A model generated the notes under the pieces. That model made no database searches. It was not told the DNA's origin and saw nothing but the letters and a program-made list of their open reading frames with translations. Shown in pieces: positions 18,156 through 29,141 of a stretch of DNA of 64,000 nucleotides; position 1 is the stretch's first letter, and each line of letters starts with the position of its first letter. This DNA is from an uncultured Bacteroides sp. (lineage in GTDB: Bacteria > Bacteroidota > Bacteroidia > Bacteroidales > JACABE01). The DNA lies in the NCBI GenBank assembly GCA_964634005.1, contig CAZWKQ010000001.1:343788-407787 (forward strand). Direction: 5' to 3'. The translations under genes and the position numbers were made by a program.

Positions 18156-19781
18156 ATGAAAAAATACCACTTAGTTTTACTTTCTCTATTATCAGGTCTT
18201 TTGTTTGCAATATCATGGCCTGAAAGGGGTTTCCCGTATCTAATTTTTTTTGCATGGGTTCCATTATTAACAATAGAAAGCTACATAACTGATAATCCCG
18301 ATAAATTTGGAAAATTAAGCGTATTTCTATACTCTTACATTTCTTTTTTTATATGGAATTTACTTACAACATACTGGATTTGGAATTCTACCGAAGTGGG
18401 AGGAGCTTTTGCCATTTTGTTCAACAGCCTCTTAATGTCAATAGTATTTAGTGCATTTCACTACACACGTAAAAAAGTATTCATAAAATTACCATCATAC
18501 TGGGTTTTAATATTTTACTGGATAGCCTTCGAGTTTTTTCATCTCGACTGGGATCTTTCGTGGCCGTGGCTTACACTTGGCAATGTTTTTTCAAATAATG
18601 TAAAAATTGTTCAATGGTACGAATATACAGGAGTATTTGGCGGCTCTTTATGGATTTTAATTATCAACATATTAATTTTCAATATTTTTAGAATATACTT
18701 CGAGAAATATATTCATGAAAAAAAGAAACAATTACTGACAAATAGTATAGCTCTGTTTGTGGTTTTAATTGTTCCTATATCTTTTTCTTATTACAAATAT
18801 AACAGCTACTTTGAAAAGGGGAAAACCGTTGATGTAATTGTAGTTCAGCCAAATCTTGACCCTTACTCCGAACAATATTCGGTTCCTCCATTGGAGGTTT
18901 TGGATAAAATGCTTCAATTAGCAAATCAAAAACTCGACACATCAGTTGATTGTTTGGTATTTCCCGAAAGTGCATTACAGGAATATATTTGGGAAGAAGA
19001 TTTTGATTTATCGCCGAGCATAGTTATGATAAGAGGTTTTTTAAAAAATTATCCGAAATTAAATATACTTGCAGGATTATCAAGCCAGCGTTTAATAGGG
19101 GTAAATGAGCCATTAACATTAGCTTCGAGGCCATTATCAAGCGAACCGGGAAGGTACTACGAACCTTTCAACACTGCATTACATATCGATACAAGTAGTT
19201 TATTACAAAAATATCATAAATCGAAGTTAACACCAGGGGTCGAAAAAATGCCTTTCAAGAAGTTTTTTAAACCCATTGAAAAATTTGCCATCGATTTGGG
19301 AGGTACAGTCGGGAGTTTGGGTATTGATACCGAAAGGAAAGTATATAATACACATCAAGGTTTCAAATATAACCCTGTAATATGCTATGAGTCAATTTAT
19401 GGAGAATTTGTCGGTCAATTTGTCAGAAATGGCAGTGAAATTATCTTTATTATAACCAATGACGGATGGTGGGGTAATACAGCAGGGCATCGTCAGCATT
19501 TCAGCTATGCCCGTTTGCGTGCTATTGAAACGCGTAGAGATATTGCTCGTTCGGCAAATACCGGTATATCAGGTTTTATTAACCAAAGAGGCGATGTTCT
19601 GCAAAGAACAAATTATTGGGAACCTAACGTTATAAGACAAAAATTAATTACTAACGACATAATTACCTTTTATACAAAATACGGAGACTATATAGGACGA
19701 ATTTCAAATTATATTTCTTTATTGTTGATAATACTTACCTTATCGAAAGCCCTTAAAAGAAAAGGGAAACTAACGTCTTAA
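18156..19781 (+). CDS. lnt: Apolipoprotein N-acyltransferase
   Basis: Multi-TM N-terminal half and CN-hydrolase C-terminal half (VVQPN, FPE, ICYES). 541 aa. Confidence 0.88.
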   Translation: MKKYHLVLLSLLSGLLFAISWPERGFPYLIFFAWVPLLTIESYITDNPDKFGKLSVFLYSYISFFIWNLLTTYWIWNSTEVGGAFAILFNSLLMSIVFSAFHYTRKKVFIKLPSYWVLIFYWIAFEFFHLDWDLSWPWLTLGNVFSNNVKIVQWYEYTGVFGGSLWILIINILIFNIFRIYFEKYIHEKKKQLLTNSIALFVVLIVPISFSYYKYNSYFEKGKTVDVIVVQPNLDPYSEQYSVPPLEVLDKMLQLANQKLDTSVDCLVFPESALQEYIWEEDFDLSPSIVMIRGFLKNYPKLNILAGLSSQRLIGVNEPLTLASRPLSSEPGRYYEPFNTALHIDTSSLLQKYHKSKLTPGVEKMPFKKFFKPIEKFAIDLGGTVGSLGIDTERKVYNTHQGFKYNPVICYESIYGEFVGQFVRNGSEIIFIITNDGWWGNTAGHRQHFSYARLRAIETRRDIARSANTGISGFINQRGDVLQRTNYWEPNVIRQKLITNDIITFYTKYGDYIGRISNYISLLLIILTLSKALKRKGKLTS

Positions 19782-20495
19782 TTCAAAATTTTTACCGAGA
19801 TAAACTTTTCTAACATGTTCATCATCGGCAAGTTCTTCTGCAGTACCCGATTTTAGAATAGAACCTTCAAATAACAAATAAGCTCTATCGGTAATTGATA
19901 GTGTTTCATGAACATTGTGGTCGGTTATTAATACGCCTATATTCTTTTCTTTTAGTTTTTTTACTATAGTTTGAATATCTTCAACTGCAATTGGGTCGAC
20001 ACCTGCAAAAGGTTCATCAAGTAAAATAAATTTGGGGTCAACAGCCAATGCTCTTGCTATTTCGGTTCTTCTTCTTTCCCCTCCTGAAAGCTGTATTCCT
20101 TTATTTTTTCTTATATGTTGAAGCCCAAACTCGTTTAACAGAGATTCTAATTTTTCAATTTGCTGTTGCTTAGTCAGTTTTGTAAATTCAAGTACTGCAA
20201 GTATATTGTCTTCAACACTTAAATGTCTGAAAACAGAAGCTTCCTGAGCAAGATATCCAACGCCGTTTTGAGCTCTTTTATACATTGGCATCTCGGTAAT
20301 ATCTAAATCGTCTAAGAAAACTTTACCCGAAAGTGGTTTTATCAGCCCTACCATCATATAAAAAGTAGTTGTTTTACCGGCGCCATTAGGTCCGAGCAAT
20401 CCAACTATTTCTCCTTTTTGCACTTGTACACTGACCTTATTAACAACAATACGGTTTTTGTATTTCTTAACAATATCTTCTGTCCTTAATATCAT
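19770..20495 (-). CDS. lptB: LPS export ABC transporter ATP-binding protein LptB
   Basis: [38 protein letters not shown]. 241 aa, with the typical LptB C-terminal VRKVYLG. Confidence 0.9.
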   Translation of the reverse strand: MILRTEDIVKKYKNRIVVNKVSVQVQKGEIVGLLGPNGAGKTTTFYMMVGLIKPLSGKVFLDDLDITEMPMYKRAQNGVGYLAQEASVFRHLSVEDNILAVLEFTKLTKQQQIEKLESLLNEFGLQHIRKNKGIQLSGGERRRTEIARALAVDPKFILLDEPFAGVDPIAVEDIQTIVKKLKEKNIGVLITDHNVHETLSITDRAYLLFEGSILKSGTAEELADDEHVRKVYLGKNFELRR

Positions 20496-20662
20496 AACAA
20501 ATCATATAGGATAAATAATTTGATTATCCAACTCTCTGCAAAAGTAATATAAAATAGTTTTTAATCTAAAAAAGAATTGTTAAAGAAGTTAACAAAGTAC
20601 TAATGCACAAAATTCATAGATAAAAATAAATAATAGCATTCCAAAAGTTTAACCCGAAGATA

Positions 20663-22354
20663 TTAGTCCTTTTTCTCGATTTTAGCCCATGAATCTTTTA
20701 ATGTTACTGTACGATTAAAAACTTTATTTTCAACTGTAGAATCAGGGTCAACGCAAAAGTATCCAAGTCTTTCGAATTGAAATTTTTCCAAAAGGGTAAC
20801 ATTTTTAAGATAAGGTTCGGCTTTACAATTTTTCAATATTTTGAGCGATTCGGGATTAAGGTTGTCTTTGTAGCTTCCACCTTCAGGGTAAATTTCAGGA
20901 TCGTAAGCATTAAAAAGTCTGTCGAAAAGACGAACTTCAACGTTTAAGGCATGCTCAGCAGATACCCAATGAATTGTACCTTTTACTTTACGACCATCGG
21001 GTGAGTTTCCTCCCCTTGAAGCAGGATCATAAGTGCAGTGAATTTCAACGATTTCGCCATTTTCATCTTTAATCACATTTTCGCATTTAATAAAATATGC
21101 GTAACGCAATCGCACTTCATTTCCCGGAGACAATCTGAAATATTTTTTTGGCGGATTTTCCATAAAATCGTCCTTTTCAATATAAATGACCTTTGAGAAA
21201 GGAATTTTCCTTGTACCGGCATTTATATCTTCAGGATTATTAACAGCATCAAGCTCTTCGACAGTATCAGGATAATTTGTTATTACTACTTTCAATGGAT
21301 TTAATACAACCATAACTCGCATTGCCTTTTTGTTTAAATCTTCCCTAATGCAATGTTCAAGTAATGCAACATCAATAGTATTATCCCGTTTGGCGACACC
21401 TATGGTTTCAGCAAAATTTCTTATTGATTCGGGAGTATAACCTCTTCTTCTTATACCGCAAATAGTGGGCATACGGGGATCGTCCCAACCATTAACATAT
21501 TTTTCTTTTACTAACTCCAATAATTTTCTTTTGCTCATTAGAGTATAGCTAAGATTTAATCGTGCAAACTCTATTTGTTGAGGAGCGTGAATTTCCAATT
21601 CTTTTATAAACCAATCATATAAAGGGCGATGCACTTCAAACTCGAGTGTACAAATCGAATGTGTAATACCTTCTATCGAGTCGCTTTGCCCGTGAGCAAA
21701 ATCATACATAGGGTAAATACACCATTCATTCCCGGTTCTGTGATGCTCGGCATGTATTATCCTGTAAAGTATGGGATCTCGCATGTGCATATTGGGAGAA
21801 CTCATATCAATTTTTGCCCTTAAAACTCTTGTTCCATCGGCAAATTCTCCATTTTTCATACGTTGAAACAAATCGAGATTTTCCTCAACACTTCTGTTAC
21901 GATATGGGCTTTCTTTACCGGGTTTAGTCGGAGTTCCGCGAAATTCGCTAATTTGCTCCTGAGTTAAATCACAAACATAAGCCTTACCTTTTTTTATCAA
22001 CTTAATAGCCCACTCGTATAATTGACCGAAATAATCAGAAGCATAATACTCTCCATCCCATTTAAATCCAAGCCAGCTTACATCTTCCCTTATTGAATCA
22101 ACATATTCAATATCCTCTTTTGTAGGATTTGTATCATCATATCGTAAATTGCACTTACCGTTATATTTTTTAGCCAAACCAAAATTCAAACATATAGATT
22201 TAGCATGCCCTATATGCAAATATCCATTGGGTTCGGGCGGAAAACGAGTATGTACTCTTCCTCCGTTTTTCCCCTCTTTCAAATCATTTTCAATTATCTC
22301 TTCAATAAAATTCAATGCAGGTTTATTGCTATCCTTAGGTAAATTTTCGTTCAT
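20663..22354 (-). CDS. glnS: Glutamine--tRNA ligase
   Basis: [19 protein letters not shown] (HIGH), LMSKRKL (KMSKS-like), with GlnRS-specific C-terminal beta-barrel domains. Confidence 0.93.
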   Translation of the reverse strand: MNENLPKDSNKPALNFIEEIIENDLKEGKNGGRVHTRFPPEPNGYLHIGHAKSICLNFGLAKKYNGKCNLRYDDTNPTKEDIEYVDSIREDVSWLGFKWDGEYYASDYFGQLYEWAIKLIKKGKAYVCDLTQEQISEFRGTPTKPGKESPYRNRSVEENLDLFQRMKNGEFADGTRVLRAKIDMSSPNMHMRDPILYRIIHAEHHRTGNEWCIYPMYDFAHGQSDSIEGITHSICTLEFEVHRPLYDWFIKELEIHAPQQIEFARLNLSYTLMSKRKLLELVKEKYVNGWDDPRMPTICGIRRRGYTPESIRNFAETIGVAKRDNTIDVALLEHCIREDLNKKAMRVMVVLNPLKVVITNYPDTVEELDAVNNPEDINAGTRKIPFSKVIYIEKDDFMENPPKKYFRLSPGNEVRLRYAYFIKCENVIKDENGEIVEIHCTYDPASRGGNSPDGRKVKGTIHWVSAEHALNVEVRLFDRLFNAYDPEIYPEGGSYKDNLNPESLKILKNCKAEPYLKNVTLLEKFQFERLGYFCVDPDSTVENKVFNRTVTLKDSWAKIEKKD

Positions 22355-22491
22355 AGTTTAAAAAATTTATGACCACAAAATTAAAGTATTATTAGTTACA
22401 AATTAATATTTCAAATCCCTTTTATTAATATTCAAAAAAAATGTAGTTTTAACGTTTCAATATTGTTGTTTTACTTAATTGATTTACAGAT

Positions 22492-22842
22492 ATGTCTTAT
22501 ATTGAATTAGAAGGAATGGAGTTTTTTTCGTATCATGGTTGTTTTAAAGAAGAACAATTAATAGGTACAAAATTTAAAATAGACCTTGTTATAGAAGTAG
22601 ATACAGATGAAGCAGCTAAATACGATGATTTAAATAAAACAATAAATTATCTTACTGTTTATCAATTAGTAAAAGCTCAAATGTCGATAAAATCAAAGCT
22701 TCTTGAAAATGTTGCAAAAAGAATCCTTGATGAACTTTACTCAAAATTTCCAACAATAAAACATGCTAAGATTAAAGTATCGAAAATCAATCCGCCACTT
22801 GGCGGTAAGCTGCATGCTGTGAGTATTATTATGAACAGATAA
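22492..22842 (+). CDS. folB: Dihydroneopterin aldolase
   Basis: 116 aa. FSYHGCFKEEQLIGTKFKIDL and DDLNKTINY motifs. Confidence 0.8.
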   Translation: MSYIELEGMEFFSYHGCFKEEQLIGTKFKIDLVIEVDTDEAAKYDDLNKTINYLTVYQLVKAQMSIKSKLLENVAKRILDELYSKFPTIKHAKIKVSKINPPLGGKLHAVSIIMNR

Positions 22843-22872
22843 AATTAATTCTATTGATAAAGAATAAAAAAA

Positions 22873-22880
22873 TAACTTTG
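22873..22880 (+). promoter_or_regulatory. -7 box TAACTTTG upstream of dnaG
   Basis: Match to TAnnTTTG 41 nt upstream of the TTG start at 22921. Confidence 0.4.
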
Positions 22881-22920
22881 TAGAAGGGTAAAACAATAAC
22901 TTAAATATAATAGAAAAGAA

Positions 22921-24909
22921 TTGATAAGCAAAGAAGATATAAATACAATACTTGAGGCTGTTCGAATAGAAGAAATAATAGGCGAATACGTAAAATTGAA
23001 ACGCAGAGGCGTTAACTTGATTGGGTTGTGTCCGTTTCATAATGAAAAAACACCTTCATTCACAGTATCTTCAACTAAGGGTATCTTTAAATGTTTTGGT
23101 TGTGGTAAATCTGGCGATGCATTGACATTTTTGATGGAACACGAACATTTTACATATCCCGAAGCGTTGCGATTTTTAGCTCAAAAGTATAATATATCAA
23201 TAAAGGAAGAAACTCAGGATAATCAAAATGTTCAGGAGAAAGAAGAAAAAGAATCGTTATATCAAATAACTGCTTTTGCAAATAAGTTTTTTGTTGACAA
23301 GCTCTGGAACAGTAATGATGGCAAAGCTATAGGGTTAACATATTTCAGAGAAAGAGGATTTAGTGATATTATAATTAAAAAATTTGAACTTGGTTATTGC
23401 AGCGCTAAATGGGATGAGTTTACCGAATTTGCAAAAAAAAACGGATATAAATCACAACTATTAGTTAAATCGGGTTTATCGATAGAAAAAGACTTCAAGT
23501 ATTTTGACCGGTTCAAAGAAAGAGTAATTTTTCCTATACATTCGCTATCGGGTAAAGTAATAGGTTTTGGAGGCAGAATAATCGGGTCGGATAAATCAAA
23601 ATCAAAATATATTAATTCGCCCGAAACCAAAATTTATAATAAAAGTAAGGTTCTATATGGGTTATATTTTGCTAAAAACGCAATAGTTGCCAAAGATAAT
23701 TGTTTTTTGGTAGAGGGTTACACCGATGTAATATCGCTTTATCAAGCCGGTATTGAAAATGTAGTTGCATCATCGGGCACTTCACTTACAACCGAACAAA
23801 TAAGGCTTATAGGAAGATATACCAAAAGCATTACGATATTGTACGACGGCGATACTGCCGGTATTAAAGCAAGTTTCAGGGGTATCGACATGATACTCGA
23901 AGAAGGCTTGAATGTTAAAATTGTATTATTTCCCGAAAACGAAGATCCCGACTCATTTGTTAAAAAAAACCGCTCGTCAGATGTAGTTGATTTTATCGAA
24001 AAAAACTCGAAAAATTTTATTTTGTTCAAAACGCAACTACTCTTTAATGAAGCATCTAACGACCCTATAAAGATGGCTGCTTTGATTAACGAAATAGTAG
24101 GTAGTATTTCATTAATCCCAAACAGCATATCTCGCTCAATTTACATTAAAGAATGCAGTAATTTACTAAAAATCCCTGAACAAACGCTTATAAATGAGCT
24201 AAATAAGATTTTAAGAAAAAAAACATCAAAAACTATATCCGAAACAGATATTCCTGCTGAAAAACCTCCTTTAAATTATGAAGATATAAACGAGAATATT
24301 TTTATTGATGATGCTTTTTTTCAGGAAAGAGAAATAATAAGGTTGCTTCTTAATTTCAGTAATAGAGGCATTAAAGTAATTACCGAAGAAAAAACTGAAG
24401 ATAGTAAAACTTCCGAAACAAAAATCAAAACTAAAGAACCTTCAGAGAAAACAATTAGTGTTGCTGAATATATCATAAATGATATACTGAATGATGAAAT
24501 AAAATTTAATAATGAAACTTTTCAAAAAATTTTTGAATTATGTATAAATGAAGTTGAAAAAGGGAGTTTAAATTTCAAAGAGATACTTATACACCATAAT
24601 GATAAAGAAATTAAAGAAACATCTATTGACCTAATGTCAACACAATATATACTAAGCGATTATTGGGAAAAACTTCACCAAATTTCAGTTCAAACCGAAG
24701 AAAGCAACAAAATACTCGAGAAAGCAGTTACCCAAGCACTATTCTCATATAAACTTAAGCGAATCGAAAAAATGCTTAAAGATAATTCAGAAGAAATAAA
24801 AAATTCTACAAGTGATGATGATTTAATCATTTTAATAGAAAAACAGAAAAAATTGGAGGAAATTAAAAAAGACTTATCATCAAAATTAGGCCGAATAATT
24901 ATCAGATAA
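22921..24909 (+). CDS. dnaG: DNA primase
   Basis: TTG start gives a typical N-terminus, MISKEDINTILEAVRIEEIIGEYVKLKRRG. Zn ribbon CPFHNEKTPSF..CFGCG and TOPRIM (VEGYTDVI, DGDTAGIKA). Confidence 0.92.
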   Translation: MISKEDINTILEAVRIEEIIGEYVKLKRRGVNLIGLCPFHNEKTPSFTVSSTKGIFKCFGCGKSGDALTFLMEHEHFTYPEALRFLAQKYNISIKEETQDNQNVQEKEEKESLYQITAFANKFFVDKLWNSNDGKAIGLTYFRERGFSDIIIKKFELGYCSAKWDEFTEFAKKNGYKSQLLVKSGLSIEKDFKYFDRFKERVIFPIHSLSGKVIGFGGRIIGSDKSKSKYINSPETKIYNKSKVLYGLYFAKNAIVAKDNCFLVEGYTDVISLYQAGIENVVASSGTSLTTEQIRLIGRYTKSITILYDGDTAGIKASFRGIDMILEEGLNVKIVLFPENEDPDSFVKKNRSSDVVDFIEKNSKNFILFKTQLLFNEASNDPIKMAALINEIVGSISLIPNSISRSIYIKECSNLLKIPEQTLINELNKILRKKTSKTISETDIPAEKPPLNYEDINENIFIDDAFFQEREIIRLLLNFSNRGIKVITEEKTEDSKTSETKIKTKEPSEKTISVAEYIINDILNDEIKFNNETFQKIFELCINEVEKGSLNFKEILIHHNDKEIKETSIDLMSTQYILSDYWEKLHQISVQTEESNKILEKAVTQALFSYKLKRIEKMLKDNSEEIKNSTSDDDLIILIEKQKKLEEIKKDLSSKLGRIIIR

Positions 24910-25031
24910 AATTATTTGTAATAAAAATTTTTTAACTTTTAACTAACTTTTTTTGATTTATTTGTAATCCTTTATTTTCAAAAAAAGTTGTAGGTTTGGC
25001 GTCCGGAAATTTTTTAAATAACAATAGTAAT

Positions 25032-26534
25032 ATGAATTGCGAAACAAGGCTAAATCCCAATCCTTTAGTAAAGTTCTTGCAAAAACCTTGCAAGGAATTT
25101 ACCAAAAAAGATATTATAAGATATATTGAAGAGAATAACATTGAAATGTTAAATTTACGATATGTCGGAGGAGATGGAAGACTAAAATGTTTGAATTTTG
25201 TAATAAACGATATAAACCATCTTGATACAGTCCTCAGCAGTGGTGAAAGAGTTGACGGTTCGAGTTTATTTAAACACATAGAAGCAGGATCAAGCGATTT
25301 ATACGTTATTCCGAAATACAGAACTGCTTTTCTCAATCCATTTACTGATATTCCGACAGTTGATATACTTTGTTCGTATTTCAACAAAGAAGGCGAACCT
25401 CTGGAAAGCTCACCCGAGTATATTTTGCAAAAAGCTCACAAAGAACTTAAAAGGGTAAGCGGTTTTGATTTTGAAGTAATGGGCGAACTTGAGTATTATA
25501 TAATAAGCGAAAAAGACGAATTATTTCAAGCCGAAGATCAAAGAGGATATCACGAGTCCTCGCCATTTACAAAGTGGGAAGAACTAAGAACTGAAGCTAT
25601 GCTTGCAATAGCTATGACCGGTGGGAATATTAAATACGGTCACTCCGAAGTAGGTAACTTTACAATAGGAAATACCATTTACGAGCAAAATGAAATAGAG
25701 TTTAATCCTGTACCATTGGAAGAAGCTGCCGATCAATTAATTATTGCAAAATGGATACTGAGGACATTAGCATATAAATATGGTGTTACTATTACTTTTG
25801 CACCAAAAATAACCGTTGGCAAAGCAGGTAGTGGTATGCACATACATACCCGATTAATGAAAGACGGCAAAAACATGATGATTGAAAATGGTAAACTTTC
25901 CGATAACGCCAAAAAAGCTATAGCCGGCTATTTAACACTTGCTCCATCACTAACAGCATTTGGGAATACAAATCCTTCATCATATTTTCGCCTCGTTCCG
26001 CATCAGGAGGCTCCTACCAACATTTGCTGGGGCGACCGAAACCGCTCAGTATTAGTAAGAGTACCGTTAGGATGGTCAGGAAATAAAAATATGGCTAAAA
26101 TTGTTAACCCGCTTGAAGATGATAGCTCAACTGACTTCTCAAATAAGCAAACTGTTGAGTTTCGTTGTCCTGACGGTTCTGCAGACATTTATTTGCTACT
26201 TGCAGGTCTTACAGTTGCTGCACGTCATGGTTTTGAAATGGAAAATTCACTCGAATTTGCCGATAAAACTTATGTTGATGTGAATATTTTCCATGATGAA
26301 CACAAGAATGTGGCATCTCAACTTGAACACCTTCCCGCTTCGTGTTACGAATCGGCTCAGAAACTTGAACAACAACGTCATATTTACGAAAAATACGGCG
26401 TTTTCTCAAAAAGTATGATAGACGGAACTATTAAAAAATTACTCGACTACAACGACCAAAAGCTTCGTGAAGAAATTCACTGTAACAAAGAGAAAATTTT
26501 AAAACTGGTTCAGCAATACTTTCATTGCGGTTAA
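25032..26534 (+). CDS. Glutamine synthetase family protein (type I-like, ~500 aa)
   Basis: KAGSGMHIHT, NPSSYFRLVPHQEAP, GDRNRSVLVRVP. ATG at 25032 is preferred over TTG at 24996. Confidence 0.85.
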   Translation: MNCETRLNPNPLVKFLQKPCKEFTKKDIIRYIEENNIEMLNLRYVGGDGRLKCLNFVINDINHLDTVLSSGERVDGSSLFKHIEAGSSDLYVIPKYRTAFLNPFTDIPTVDILCSYFNKEGEPLESSPEYILQKAHKELKRVSGFDFEVMGELEYYIISEKDELFQAEDQRGYHESSPFTKWEELRTEAMLAIAMTGGNIKYGHSEVGNFTIGNTIYEQNEIEFNPVPLEEAADQLIIAKWILRTLAYKYGVTITFAPKITVGKAGSGMHIHTRLMKDGKNMMIENGKLSDNAKKAIAGYLTLAPSLTAFGNTNPSSYFRLVPHQEAPTNICWGDRNRSVLVRVPLGWSGNKNMAKIVNPLEDDSSTDFSNKQTVEFRCPDGSADIYLLLAGLTVAARHGFEMENSLEFADKTYVDVNIFHDEHKNVASQLEHLPASCYESAQKLEQQRHIYEKYGVFSKSMIDGTIKKLLDYNDQKLREEIHCNKEKILKLVQQYFHCG

Positions 26535-26543
26535 CAGATTTTA

Positions 26544-27536
26544 CTATTCTTCGTTGAAAAGCACTGTTAATAATGTATTCCCAACAATTAACAGTGTTTT
26601 TTTATCTATATTGCTCATATCATCTTTCATGGTATGCCAATAAGGGAAAAACCCCGATGAGGTGGTCTTATCATGATGGACAATGTCGATTGTCGGGATT
26701 CTAGCAATTTTGTTTATATAAAGATGATCATCAATAATTCCTCCGGTTTTTTCCTGAGAAAAATAACTTTCATAACCAAGTTCTTTTGCAATATTCCATA
26801 CCTTTTTCATAACATCAGGAGCAAAATACATAGAAGTATTTTCCATGGTAAAAACAGCATCCTTAGCGCCGACCATGTCCAGGAGAATACCGAAACGTGC
26901 ATAATATCCCGGCTTATGAGGATTGTTTGCCCAATACTGGGACCCTAAACACCACGTATCTTCCGACTTATTCTCGATATCATTAGGTTCACCATAATCC
27001 TCCGAGTCGAAAAGAATAATATCCAATCCTATTCCGGGTTTGTTTTGCGATAAAAGTCTTGCTATTTCGAGCAAAACCCCTACCCCGCTTGCTCCATCAT
27101 TAGCAGCAGGTATGGGTTTTCTATGATTTGACGGATCGGGATCAAAATCGGCATAAGGACGCGAATCCCAGTGTGCAGCAAAAAATATACGGTTAGGATT
27201 AGCCGGGTTAAATGATGCTATTATATTTTTTGAACTAAGATAAGTTCCATTCCAAGCTTTAGCTTTAAATTCCTGAACATACACAGTATCGCTCCACTTA
27301 AGTAAAGTATTTACCAAAAATTCAGAACATAAAATATGCCCTTTTGTATTAGGTACTCGAGGGCCAAATGATAACTGTTTTTCAATAAAGAAATAAGCAG
27401 AATCGGGATTAAACTTCGGAATATTAGTATTTTTTATAAGTGTTTTATCTGTTTTTTCTTCTGTATTATTATCAGAAAATTTACATGATAAAACAATGAA
27501 TATCAATATAGTAACTAAATATAATGTTTTTTTCAT
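26544..27536 (-). CDS. Glutaminyl-peptide cyclotransferase (M28-fold, type II QC) lipoprotein
   Basis: Lipobox VLSC. M28/QC motifs AAHWDSRPYAD, NDGASGVGVLLEIAR, ILFDSEDYG and HT..D. Confidence 0.8.
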   Translation of the reverse strand: MKKTLYLVTILIFIVLSCKFSDNNTEEKTDKTLIKNTNIPKFNPDSAYFFIEKQLSFGPRVPNTKGHILCSEFLVNTLLKWSDTVYVQEFKAKAWNGTYLSSKNIIASFNPANPNRIFFAAHWDSRPYADFDPDPSNHRKPIPAANDGASGVGVLLEIARLLSQNKPGIGLDIILFDSEDYGEPNDIENKSEDTWCLGSQYWANNPHKPGYYARFGILLDMVGAKDAVFTMENTSMYFAPDVMKKVWNIAKELGYESYFSQEKTGGIIDDHLYINKIARIPTIDIVHHDKTTSSGFFPYWHTMKDDMSNIDKKTLLIVGNTLLTVLFNEE

Positions 27537-27543
27537 TTTTCAT

Positions 27544-29010
27544 TTATTCTAATGACCAGGTAGAACCTTCTTTACCGTCTTTAATACTTATTCCAATTTT
27601 TAATAGCTCATTTCTTATTTTATCAGATGTAGCGTAGTCTTTATTTTGTTTAGCCGATTTACGATATTCAAGAATTATATTCATTAAACTTTCAATCGTT
27701 TGATATTGATTATTAACATTATCGCTTTTCAATCCAAGTATTTCAAAAACAAATGTGTTAAAATATTTTTTTAGTGTATTTAAATCGTTTGCATTAATTG
27801 TGTCTTTTCCGTCATTTATAGAGTTTATAATCCTAAGAGCTTCAAATAAATTGGCAATAACAACAGGACTGTTGAAATCGTCGTCCATTGCAGCATAGCT
27901 GTCAGCAATTAATTTACTGATATCAATACTCGATTGAGCCGAAGTATTTAATTTTGTGATAGTTTCAACACCGGTCATCAATCTTTTCAGTCCTTTTTCT
28001 GCAGCCTGAAGAGCTTCGTTAGAAAAGTCGAGAGTACTGCGATAATGAGCCTGAAGGATAAAAAACCTTATTGTCATAGGGTTATATGCCTTTTCCAATG
28101 CGGGATGATTACCATTGAAAAATTCGTTTAATGTAATAAAATTGCCTAATGACTTGCCCATTTTTTTCCCGTTGATAGTAATCATATTGTTGTGAATCCA
28201 ATATTTACAAGGCTCACAATTATGGGCAATTTGGCTTTGAGCAATTTCGGATTCGTGGTGTGGGAACAATAAATCCATACCTCCTCCATGAATATCGAAA
28301 TACTCCCCTAAGTATTTGGCACTCATTGCAGAACATTCGGTATGCCACCCCGGAAAACCATCGCTCCATGGTGAAGGCCATCGCATTATATGTTCGGGTT
28401 GTGCTTTTTTCCATAAAGCAAAATCAGCTGTATTCCTTTTTTCTTGCTGTCCTTCCAACTCTCTTGTTGTTGATAATAAATCATCCAAGACCCTTCCTGA
28501 AAGCTTTCCGTAGTGATAATCTTTATTATATTTGTTTACATCGAAATATACCGAACCCTCAGAAACATAAGCATAACCTTTTTCAATGATTTTTTTTATC
28601 ATTTCGATTTGCTCAATAATATGCCCCGATGCACGAGGTTCAATACTTGGACTTTTCACATTAAGCTGGTTCATATTTTCGTGGTACCTGACAGTAAAAT
28701 ACTGTACTACTTCCATAGGTTCGAGATTCTCTAAACGAGCTTTTTTGGCTATTTTATCTTCACCTTCGTCTGCATCGTTTTCAAGATGACCGACATCGGT
28801 TATATTTCTAACATATCGTACTTTATAACCAATATGTTCAAGATAGCGATAAATCAGATCGAAAGTAATTGCAGGGCGAGCATGACCAAGATGTGCATCG
28901 CCATAAACAGTAGGACCACAAACATACATTCCTACATAAGGAGGATGCTGAGGACTGAAAATTTCTTTTTTACGGCTTATTGTATTGTAAAGCTGCAAGT
29001 TGTGTTCCAT
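27544..29010 (-). CDS. cysS: Cysteine--tRNA ligase
   Basis: [45 protein letters not shown]. Confidence 0.93.
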   Translation of the reverse strand: MEHNLQLYNTISRKKEIFSPQHPPYVGMYVCGPTVYGDAHLGHARPAITFDLIYRYLEHIGYKVRYVRNITDVGHLENDADEGEDKIAKKARLENLEPMEVVQYFTVRYHENMNQLNVKSPSIEPRASGHIIEQIEMIKKIIEKGYAYVSEGSVYFDVNKYNKDYHYGKLSGRVLDDLLSTTRELEGQQEKRNTADFALWKKAQPEHIMRWPSPWSDGFPGWHTECSAMSAKYLGEYFDIHGGGMDLLFPHHESEIAQSQIAHNCEPCKYWIHNNMITINGKKMGKSLGNFITLNEFFNGNHPALEKAYNPMTIRFFILQAHYRSTLDFSNEALQAAEKGLKRLMTGVETITKLNTSAQSSIDISKLIADSYAAMDDDFNSPVVIANLFEALRIINSINDGKDTINANDLNTLKKYFNTFVFEILGLKSDNVNNQYQTIESLMNIILEYRKSAKQNKDYATSDKIRNELLKIGISIKDGKEGSTWSLE

Positions 29011-29039
29011 ACAAACAATTGAGTTTATTTATTTTGCTG

Positions 29040-29047
29040 CAAAAGTA
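29040..29047 (-). promoter_or_regulatory. -7 box TACTTTTG (minus strand) upstream of cysS
   Basis: The reverse complement of caaaagta matches TAnnTTTG, 30 nt upstream of the ATG at 29010. Confidence 0.4.
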
Positions 29048-29141
29048 AATAAAATTTTTATGCCTGATAAAATAAGTATAGATGATAGGATGACAACTAT
29101 TTAATCAAATCTAAATTAATCAGAGGAATTGCCGATTCTTC

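Noticed and set aside
24932-25387. 151-aa minus-strand ORF
   Set aside because: It lies antisense to the well-supported glutamine synthetase gene and the intergenic leader. The composition is low-complexity with no motifs. It is probably an artefact of AT-rich sequence.
28220-29022. Cluster of six 64-109 aa ORFs on both strands
   Set aside because: All lie inside cysS, whose translation carries the complete class I synthetase motifs. They are shadow ORFs.
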